24,829 nucleotides of DNA. Source: a virus. Lineage: Duplodnaviria > Heunggongvirae > Uroviricota > Caudoviricetes. The notes under the pieces are model-generated. The model had not been told where the DNA came from, ran no database searches, and saw only the letters and a list, made by a program, of their open reading frames with translations. This document shows positions 8,113 to 14,077 of the stretch, one piece after another. The stretch covers positions 67,224-92,052 of the IMG/VR virus record IMGVR_UViG_3300044814_000107; one strand, given 5' to 3'. How positions within the stretch are numbered: the first letter of the stretch is position 1; each line of letters starts with the position of its first letter. The position numbers were made by a program, and so were the translations under genes.

Positions 8113-8134
8113 AGAGTAGAGCGGGGGGCGGACG
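8113..8134 (-). promoter_or_regulatory. Putative promoter CGTCCG-N10-TACTCT for the initiator gene
   Basis: Motif copy. It overlaps a GC-rich imperfect hairpin (about 8121-8160) just after the upstream stop. Confidence 0.6.
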
Positions 8135-8165
8135 GACGCAAGTCCCCGTCCCCCGCCTCTGCGAA

Positions 8166-9110
8166 CTAGAGCTGGTAGCGCCTCTCGAGCCGGGAGACGA
8201 TGCGGTCGTAGCCGTTCGCCGGCCGACCGGCGGGCAGGAGGCGAGGTCGAGCGGCTTCGAGCAGTTCCGCCTCCGAGGCCGCGCCGGCGTCGATAGCGAG
8301 CTTCGTCGCGAGCGCGACGTCCGCGTGCGGGATCCATTCGTCCGGGTGGAGGCACATGCCGACCTTCGACTCGCGGGTGACCGGGTCGGCGATGTCGAAG
8401 CCGTTCCCGAGCTCGACGAAGTAGAGCCGGTTGATCCGGCCCCGCACGAAGAAGCCGTGGTGCCGGGCGAGGTCGAGACGCTGCTGCGGCGACAGGCACT
8501 CCCGCAGCAGCTCGAGCGCGCGCTCGTCGGCCAGTTCGTACGGGAGCGGGTCGAGTGGCCGGTCGTTCAGTTCGTCGATAAACGCCGCGTACGCCCGCTG
8601 GAAGCGCTTCCGACCGTTCTTCGTGACGCGGTCGGGCGTGCCATAGCGATCCGCCATCCCGGCCAGCAGTTCGATGTAGAAGCGACCGGCCTCGTCCTGC
8701 TCATCGGCCCTTCGCTGGTAGACCTGCGCGAGTCCGACGCGCCAGACGAGTTCCTCCTGCGAGCCGAGCCGCGTGATCCCGCCGTCCGTCGTGTAAGCGT
8801 TGTAGAGGATCGGCCGCCACGACCAGACCGCGTCGGGATCATCGTGAAGGCAGGTCAGATCGCCGGTCGGAGCTCGGGCGACGGTGCCTGCGTACGAGCG
8901 CGGCGTGAACATCAGCGCCCCGTCCTGCGTCTGCTTGACAACGATCAGATCCATGACGTGCAGAACTCCCGTCGCCGACTCGTACGACGGCATCCCATCA
9001 TGGGGAAGCGCTCGAGCCGGACGACCGCCGCGCGAAACGTGGTGGAGAGGATCGACGGGACCCCAGCCTCCGAGGAGCGCTTCGACGGTCGTCCTGGCTC
9101 TCTTCCTCAC
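8166..9110 (-). CDS. Hypothetical protein (314 aa)
   Basis: GTGA overlap with the upstream gene. Globular C-terminal domain ERALELLRECLSPQQR...CLHPDEWIPHADVALATKLAI. Confidence 0.75.
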   Translation of the reverse strand: MRKRARTTVEALLGGWGPVDPLHHVSRGGRPARALPHDGMPSYESATGVLHVMDLIVVKQTQDGALMFTPRSYAGTVARAPTGDLTCLHDDPDAVWSWRPILYNAYTTDGGITRLGSQEELVWRVGLAQVYQRRADEQDEAGRFYIELLAGMADRYGTPDRVTKNGRKRFQRAYAAFIDELNDRPLDPLPYELADERALELLRECLSPQQRLDLARHHGFFVRGRINRLYFVELGNGFDIADPVTRESKVGMCLHPDEWIPHADVALATKLAIDAGAASEAELLEAARPRLLPAGRPANGYDRIVSRLERRYQL

Positions 9111-9400
9111 CAGCTACCCGCCTCAGTCAGGGCCTTCGGACCGCCAGCCATCGCGCGACCGCGGGTACCCGCTTCCTTGTCCTTCGCCGTCCGGCCTCCC
9201 GGGGCGGCGATGACGCGGCCGAGTTTCTTGTCGAACCTCGAGAGTTTCTTGCCCTTCGCCTCCTCGACGACGTAGAACTCGTAACCCTCGCCCTTCAGCC
9301 GATCCCACTCCTTCTTCGCCGTCTTGACCTGCTCGGCGTCGTCGGGATCCCAGGCGAGCGTCTCGTCGCCTTCGGTCGTCAGGATCTTCAGTTCTCCCAT
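9107..9400 (-). CDS. Hypothetical protein (97 aa)
   Basis: ATG with SD GGAGG. MGELKILTTEGDETLAWDPDD...GYEFY...FDKKLGRVIAAP. Confidence 0.8.
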   Translation of the reverse strand: MGELKILTTEGDETLAWDPDDAEQVKTAKKEWDRLKGEGYEFYVVEEAKGKKLSRFDKKLGRVIAAPGGRTAKDKEAGTRGRAMAGGPKALTEAGSW

Positions 9401-9409
9401 CTCGTCCTC

Positions 9410-9829
9410 CTACTCGAAGTCCGCCGTCGCCCACTCCTCGCGGGAGGGACGCCCCGTTTCGTACGGAGAGAGCCGCCACGGCGGACCGTGGAGGGCGGCT
9501 CCATCGAAGTATCGAGCGAGTACGCCGACGATGCGCTCGCGGCGGCTGTAGCCATCCTCAGCGAGCCAGACAGTCCCCGGCGGGTCGAGCAGCAGGAGAC
9601 CGCTGGGGCCGAGGTACTCGAGCGGGACGCCGAGCTCCTCGAGCGCGTCGACTGCGCCCGCCGTGCGCCGGAACGCGACCGCCCGGTCAGCGCGAGAGAG
9701 GTCGTGGAGGCTCTCGACCCCGTAGACGGCCGCGACGGCCTCTCTGAGCCACTCCTCGGCTTCGTCGCGCCCGGAGAGCAGTTCGGAGAGGCGGACGACG
9801 GCCTCTGTCCACGTAAGCGGGAGAGCCAC
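9410..9829 (-). CDS. Hypothetical protein (139 aa)
   Basis: Fills the operon gap between the AAA ATPase and the next gene. Protein-like composition. Confidence 0.65.
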   Translation of the reverse strand: MALPLTWTEAVVRLSELLSGRDEAEEWLREAVAAVYGVESLHDLSRADRAVAFRRTAGAVDALEELGVPLEYLGPSGLLLLDPPGTVWLAEDGYSRRERIVGVLARYFDGAALHGPPWRLSPYETGRPSREEWATADFE

Positions 9830-9838
9830 ACGCGCGCG

Positions 9839-10834
9839 CTAGTCCTTCGTCGCGCTAGCGGGCTCGGCCGATGTCTCAGCGGGAGCTTCGGCGGCGGGCG
9901 TCTCCGCTGCCGCTGCCTTCTTCTCCTCAATCCGCGCCTTCGACTTCCCGAGCTGCTCGGCGACGTACTCGGGAGTCAGGACACCGCGCGCGAGCCGCTT
10001 CGCCTTCGCGAACGTCTCCGTGATCGACTGCTCGTTGATCCGGGGATTGCCCTCCGAGACGAGGCTCGCGACGAGCTCGGCGACGGCCTCCTCGGACGCA
10101 GCCTCGGGCGGAGCAGGCGGCGGGTTCCCCTTCGAGAGCCACTCGGTCAGGGCCTCCGAAACGGCTGCGGCCTGCTCCTCGTCTCCGAGGTTCGAGACCG
10201 TGTCCGTCAGCGGGTCGACGTGACCGCTCCACGAGACGTCGTGGGTGTCCTGCTCGAACCGGCCGACGAGGTTGAACTCGTACTGCAGGTCGTCGCTCTG
10301 GATCGGGCCGACGCCGAGCATCCGGATTACCTGCCGCTTCCGGCCGTTCTGCTCCTCCTCGCCGACCTCGTACTTCATCTTCGCGCGGCAGGTGGCGATG
10401 ACGTGCGAGTTGACGGCGCCGATCCGCTCGACGAAGGCGTTGTGCTTCGGCCGGACGATCTTCCAGTCGCCGAAGCGGTCGGCCTGCTGAAGGATTCCGC
10501 CCGCGCCAGTCCACTCGTGCGAGACCGAGTCGAGGATGATCGTCCGGCCGGGCCAGCGCTCCTCGGCCATATCGAGCGCGGCGATGAAGGCCTCGGGCGA
10601 GAAGTCGCCGAGGACGCTCATGTCGATCAGCGCGAACTCGTAGCGGTCGGCGTAGAGCTTCGCGCGCCGCTGCTCGGTGTTGATCAGGACGGTCCCGAGC
10701 TTCCCTTCGAAGATACGACTCGCGATCTCCAGTGCGGCCCTGCTCTTGCCGCTTCCGGTCGGCCCCATGAATAGAGCCCTTAGGAGGAGCTGGTCGCGCG
10801 CGGCGACGTCCTCCGTCTCGAACTCGTACGCCAT
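9839..10834 (-). CDS. AAA_24 / Sak4-like recombination ATPase
   Basis: GPTGSGKS, INTE, IILDSVSHEWTGAGG, W..VRPKHNAFV..I...HVIATCRAK, G..PIQ..DLQYEF. Strong SD AAAGGGAGG. Confidence 0.8.
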   Translation of the reverse strand: MAYEFETEDVAARDQLLLRALFMGPTGSGKSRAALEIASRIFEGKLGTVLINTEQRRAKLYADRYEFALIDMSVLGDFSPEAFIAALDMAEERWPGRTIILDSVSHEWTGAGGILQQADRFGDWKIVRPKHNAFVERIGAVNSHVIATCRAKMKYEVGEEEQNGRKRQVIRMLGVGPIQSDDLQYEFNLVGRFEQDTHDVSWSGHVDPLTDTVSNLGDEEQAAAVSEALTEWLSKGNPPPAPPEAASEEAVAELVASLVSEGNPRINEQSITETFAKAKRLARGVLTPEYVAEQLGKSKARIEEKKAAAAETPAAEAPAETSAEPASATKD

Positions 10835-10874
10835 CTCGTCCTCCCTTTCGTCGTAGCTACGGTCGTAGTAAAAC

Positions 10875-11132
10875 CTAAATGGTAGCCGCCGCGCCGGACG
10901 GTCGAAGTACCACGAGTTGGAGCGCGAGTAGATGGGAGCAGCGCCGGTGGAAATCGCGGCTCGCAGGGCAGGTACAGCGCCACTCGTTCGCGCGTGGGTC
11001 GAAGCCGAGGGCGTAGACCTCGCCGTCGGAGAAGCCTCGGCAGCGGGCGACGACGGTCGTCGCGTCGACGCGCTCGACGGTCAGTCTGCCCTCTGCCAGG
11101 ATCTTGTGCGCCTTCTGTTCGGCGGTAGCCAC
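10875..11132 (-). CDS. SWIM zinc-finger protein
   Basis: WRCTCPA...RRCSHLLAL fits CxC-x(n)-CxH. Confidence 0.75.
   Translation of the reverse strand: MATAEQKAHKILAEGRLTVERVDATTVVARCRGFSDGEVYALGFDPRANEWRCTCPASRDFHRRCSHLLALQLVVLRPSGAAATI
10879..10900 (-). promoter_or_regulatory. Putative promoter CGTCCG-N10-TACCAT
   Basis: Motif copy upstream of the AAA ATPase. The CTACGACCGTAG palindrome lies in its leader (10857-10868). Confidence 0.6.
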
Positions 11133-11134
11133 GG

Positions 11135-11419
11135 TCAGTCGACGAGGCTGAGACCGGGCGGGTTCTTCTCGAGTGCTGGGCCGAAGAAGCGCTCGTTCTT
11201 CTCGCTGACGATCTGATAGGCAGCGAGGAGCTTCACCGTCAGTACGCGCAGGTCGGACTTGATCTCTTCCATCTGCGCGAGCAGGTCGGGTTCGATTTCG
11301 ACGACCGTGTCGGCCATCGAGTGAGCTGTCTTGATCGGCTCGGCTATCGCGAGCAGCCGCTCGCCTGTCCGGGCCGTCTCGACGATCCTTTGGATCGTCT
11401 CGTCCGTCGTAAGTGCCAC
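11135..11419 (-). CDS. Hypothetical protein (94 aa, helical)
   Basis: GTG with SD AAGGGAG. First gene of the leftward operon. Confidence 0.7.
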   Translation of the reverse strand: MALTTDETIQRIVETARTGERLLAIAEPIKTAHSMADTVVEIEPDLLAQMEEIKSDLRVLTVKLLAAYQIVSEKNERFFGPALEKNPPGLSLVD

Positions 11420-11447
11420 CTCGTCTCCCTTCGTCGTCAGAGGTACG

Positions 11448-11469
11448 ACCGTAGCGTAAGAGGCGGACG
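11448..11469 (-). promoter_or_regulatory. Putative promoter CGTCCG-N10-TACGGT
   Basis: Motif copy at the start of the recombination/replication operon. Confidence 0.65.
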
Positions 11470-11499
11470 GAAACTACCCGCGCGCTATATCCTCTCCCG

Positions 11500-11668
11500 C
11501 TAGACCGAGCGAGGGGCGCGCGCCGAAAGATGCCCCCGCTGAATCCGACCGCCGGCGCGAGGAAGAGAGGGAGAGGCCAGACGGACCCAACGTTCGCAGA
11601 GGGCGCGCATCCGAACTACAGCCGGTACGGACGGCTGCTGGCGCGCTGACTTCGACATTGGAGGAGCA
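11500..11668 (+). ncRNA. Structured 5' leader resembling a (variant) c-di-AMP/ydaO riboswitch
   Basis: A TATCCT -10 at 11488-11493 gives a leader of about 170 nt. Ordered blocks: CGCTGAATCC (11537), CGAGGAA (11558), GAGGG, TCCGAAC (11610), CAGC and GCTGACTTCG (11645). CGAGG can pair with CTTCG. Downstream gene class fits. Confidence 0.45.
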
Positions 11669-12355
11669 TTGCGATTTCTTCTGACCCTAACGGCCGCCGT
11701 CGCCGCGGCCGCAACTCTGGCGACAGCCCCGATCGACGGGGCATCGAAAGCGGTACCGCAGCAGCACGTTCTTCGTTCGGATGTCTCGCAGGTGAGGAAC
11801 CTGCGTCACTCGATCCCGTGGCACCGAACGATGACGTGGCATTACCAGGACGAGAGAGGCGTTCGCCGGACAGTCTCGGCGTACATGGAGCGACGTACCC
11901 GGAGCGTCCCGTACCTACGCTGGGACAACCAGCTCTGGACGCACCGGCAGATCAGGGCGAAGCACGCCCTCGCCGCGCACCGGCTCCCGCTGACGAACGA
12001 CTGGGCCACCGCGGTCCGGGTCGTGCAGCGGGACTGGCCCGGCACCGCCGACTGGCTTCTCTCGTGCTCCGGAGGCGAGGGCGGCCACGGCATCTGGGTA
12101 TGGAACGGCGGCGCTCCGTACGACTCGCCAAACCACGGCTCGGGTGTGGGCGGCTGGATGCAGTACGCGCCGGGTACGTGGTCGGGGCAGTTCAGCTCCG
12201 CTCTACGCGAGGCCGTGCAACGACACCTAGCGTTGCCGCTACAGAAGACGTCGTCATGGCTGAGTCCCATCGGTCAGGCGTTCGCGGCCGGCTGGTCTCG
12301 CTTCCACCATGCGACATCGGCGTGGGATCCGGGGATCGACCCAGCCTGCGCTTGA
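11669..12355 (+). CDS. Secreted lytic transglycosylase (SLT/Rpf-like) protein
   Basis: TTG start with SD GGAGG. Signal peptide MRFLLTLTAAVAAAATLA. C-terminal CSGGEGG...N...SGVGGWMQYAPGTW...SPIGQAFAAGW...W fits the lysozyme-fold E...G.xQ.xxTW pattern. Confidence 0.7.
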   Translation: MRFLLTLTAAVAAAATLATAPIDGASKAVPQQHVLRSDVSQVRNLRHSIPWHRTMTWHYQDERGVRRTVSAYMERRTRSVPYLRWDNQLWTHRQIRAKHALAAHRLPLTNDWATAVRVVQRDWPGTADWLLSCSGGEGGHGIWVWNGGAPYDSPNHGSGVGGWMQYAPGTWSGQFSSALREAVQRHLALPLQKTSSWLSPIGQAFAAGWSRFHHATSAWDPGIDPACA

Positions 12356-12770
12356 AGAAACGGAGGGGTGCCTTCGGGCGCCCCTCTAACGCTTCTTGCG
12401 CCTCGAGCGCCTCGAGCGCTTTAGCGATCGCGCGGCCGGGCCATAGCATCTTCAACCCGTCCGAGCGGGGCCACGGGAGCAGGTTCCAGAAGAGGATCTC
12501 CAAGCCGACCGCCACGACGAGTCCCTGCCCGAGAAGGTAGGCGACGGCGCAGAGGGCGATGTTGGCGAGGGGGCCACCGGCGGAGGTCAGGACGAGTTGC
12601 CGCCGGGTCAGGAGAAGATCGTCGCGGCCGATGACGACGGCGGGGCCATGCCAAGTGAGGATCGGCCGCCAGTGCAGCCGGAGGGCGACGGCGGCGAGGA
12701 CGTGGCCGATCTCGTGGACGACGAGCGTGACGGCCACGATGAGGGCGAGGATGAGGTCGAGGTCGAGCAT
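12192..12770 (-). CDS. Minimal site-2 protease (peptidase M50) family membrane metalloprotease
   Basis: TM1 with HEIGH (HExxH), AGGPLAN and NLLPWPRSDG (NPDG-type motif). The in-frame stop is unusually far downstream. Confidence 0.75.
   Translation of the reverse strand: MLDLDLILALIVAVTLVVHEIGHVLAAVALRLHWRPILTWHGPAVVIGRDDLLLTRRQLVLTSAGGPLANIALCAVAYLLGQGLVVAVGLEILFWNLLPWPRSDGLKMLWPGRAIAKALEALEAQEALEGRPKAPLRFFKRRLGRSPDPTPMSHGGSETSRPRTPDRWDSAMTTSSVAATLGVVARPRVERS
12363..12386. terminator. Hairpin between convergent genes (probable bidirectional terminator)
   Basis: GAGGGGTGCC-TTCG-GGCGCCCCTC, a 10-bp stem with a UUCG loop. It is followed by CGTTTCTT on the minus strand. Confidence 0.7.
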
Positions 12771-12816
12771 CGTGACCCGACGATCTTCTGCCGCGACTCG
12801 GACGACGGGCTGCATA

Positions 12817-12839
12817 CGTCCGACCCTCGCCTCTATTCT
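12817..12839 (+). promoter_or_regulatory. Putative promoter CGTCCG-N11-TATTCT
   Basis: Motif copy with a spacer 1 nt longer. GTG follows 7 nt later at 12847. Confidence 0.45.
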
Positions 12840-12846
12840 GTGGTGC

Positions 12847-13344
12847 GTGGCGCGTAACACCACCGTCGCCCTGATTCGACTCTGCGACATCTGCGGCGGA
12901 CCAGCCGACGGTCACGTTCATCGAGACGGCTGTCTCGTTACGTCGGCGCCGTTCACGGAGACGCTTCGAGCCTTCGTCGTTCGCTGGAGCAAAGATCGTC
13001 CGCAGCCGGGCGCCCAGTTCGGGGTGACTACCGAGGAGCCGCCGATCAGGGCGCTCGCTTGGCTCGCGGCGGAGGTTTCGCGGCACTCCCCCTACATCAC
13101 GGAAGCGACACTGAAGGGTCTGCTCGAGCGTGGCGACCGCGCGAAGGGGCTGATCGAACTCAGGGTCGCCGACGCGCTCGCGGTCGCGCTCGACCGGCCA
13201 GACGTCTTCTACGATCCGCGCATCGTCGTCTACCGGAACCCGCAGGCGTCGCGCGACGCGGAGTGTCTCGACGAGCTCGGCCAGCCGCTCCGTGTGCCGC
13301 CGGGGGCGTGCTGCTCCGGCAGTTCGCGCCTGCTCGCCGCCTAG
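12847..13344 (+). CDS. Hypothetical protein (165 aa), leaderless
   Basis: 3' part of ORF 12559..13344. CDICGG..GH.H...C near the N-terminus; possible HTH-like segment TLKGLLERG...RVADALAVAL. Confidence 0.6.
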   Translation: MARNTTVALIRLCDICGGPADGHVHRDGCLVTSAPFTETLRAFVVRWSKDRPQPGAQFGVTTEEPPIRALAWLAAEVSRHSPYITEATLKGLLERGDRAKGLIELRVADALAVALDRPDVFYDPRIVVYRNPQASRDAECLDELGQPLRVPPGACCSGSSRLLAA

Positions 13345-13355
13345 ACGGACTCCGA

Positions 13356-13428
13356 TGCCTGCGGCGAGACTCGAACTCGCACTGACCGGCTTTTGACCCC
13401 GGGGCCTCTACCGTTGGGCTACGCAGGC
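13356..13428 (-). tRNA. tRNA-Leu(CAA), short variable loop, no encoded CCA
   Basis: Acceptor GCCTGCG/CGCAGGC-A, D arm TAGCCCAACGGTAGAGGC, anticodon arm CCGGG-GTCAAAA-GCCGG (G31:G39 mismatch), T arm GCGAG-TTCGAGT-CTCGC. Confidence 0.75.
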
Positions 13429-13430
13429 GA

Positions 13431-13499
13431 TGCCCGACCCCGGACTCGAACCGGGAACCTCTCCGGCCTGAACGGAGCGCCTCTACCAGATTGGGCTAC
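13431..13499 (-). pseudogene. tRNA-Leu(CAG) lacking its 5' acceptor strand
   Basis: D arm, CTCCG-TTCAGGC-CGGAG anticodon arm, CCCGG-TTCGAGT-CCGGG T arm and 3' GTCGGGC-A are intact. The 5' 7 nt read ATTCCAG and cannot pair. Confidence 0.7.
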
Positions 13500-13532
13500 T
13501 GGAATCGAACCTGGTCTGTCGTCGTAACCCCC

Positions 13533-13538
13533 TATAAT
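13533..13538 (+). promoter_or_regulatory. Consensus -10 box for the leaderless HNH gene
   Basis: TATAAT 6 nt upstream of GTG 13545. Confidence 0.55.
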
Positions 13539-13544
13539 GGTTCC

Positions 13545-13895
13545 GTGCCCAGCACCGATCCCGAAAAGCTTAGAGAATCGCGGCGACGCGACTATGCGCG
13601 GCCGGGTCGCAAGGAGGCCATCATTGCCGCGAACAAGCGTCGGAAGGCGGCAATGCGCGGGCGTCTCAGAACTATCAAGGTCGAGATGGGGTGCCTGCGG
13701 TGCGGGTTCGACGAATGCCCCGAGGCGCTGGAGTTTCATCATCGCGACGGTGAGGTCAAGTTGTTCAACCTCGGCGCACGGCTCGACGCGAGCTGGAGCA
13801 AGATCGAAGCTGAAATCGCGAAGTGCGATGTCCTCTGCGCGAACTGCCACCGCATGATGTCCTGCTCCTGCGATAGTCACAGGAGGTACACCTGA
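13545..13895 (+). CDS. HNH endonuclease, antisense to the tRNA cluster
   Basis: GCLRCGF...ALEFHHRD...K.FNL...SWSKIEAEIAKCDVLCANCHR. Confidence 0.85.
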   Translation: MPSTDPEKLRESRRRDYARPGRKEAIIAANKRRKAAMRGRLRTIKVEMGCLRCGFDECPEALEFHHRDGEVKLFNLGARLDASWSKIEAEIAKCDVLCANCHRMMSCSCDSHRRYT

Positions 13896-13964
13896 TGCAG
13901 GAAACACCTATGACGGAGGCCGAGTGAATGTCGGATCGCTCTTCTCTGTGAGTCCCGCTGTGAT

Positions 13965-14007
13965 TGTCGATCTACAGTCGAGCGTGCAGCCTTTACACCA
14001 AGCGCCC
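13965..14007 (-). pseudogene. 5' half of tRNA-Tyr(GTA)
   Basis: GGGCGCT-TG-GTGT-AAAGGCT-GCAC-G-CTCGA-CTGTAGA-TCGA(C). No T arm follows, but a T-arm remnant CCAGGTTCGATTCC lies beyond the HNH gene (13501-13514). Confidence 0.55.
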
Positions 14008-14077
14008 GCATGGAAGCGGTAAGCGCAAGGCGTAGGTGAAGACTCCGCGGCTGAACTCGATGTGCATCGCGGGGAGT

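Noticed and set aside
9488-10774. Long plus-strand ORFs (e.g. 9488..10774, 1724..2758, 8325..9275, 16264..17709, 21192..22760)
   Set aside because: Antisense shadows of well-supported minus-strand genes, expected in high-GC DNA with few stop codons. No recognisable motifs or SDs.
11560-11600. SAM-I or glycine riboswitch resemblance (AAGAGAGG...GGACCC; CGCCGAA)
   Set aside because: Only short purine-rich matches. Other essential elements (GGCAACC, GGUGC; CUCUCAGG) are missing.
12400-12420. 9-bp tandem repeat GCGCTCGAG x2
   Set aside because: In-frame ALE-ALE coding duplication. No further copies or structure.
12783-12804. CGTCCG-N10-GAAGAT on the minus strand upstream of the S2P gene
   Set aside because: The -10 is poor and not preceded by GC, and the start is 12 nt away. 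Too weak to count.
13500-13970. Canonical group I or group II intron in tRNA-Tyr
   Set aside because: No convincing P/Q/R/S elements or domain V by eye. The rejoined tRNA would still have a defective T stem and acceptor. Kept only as a testable alternative.
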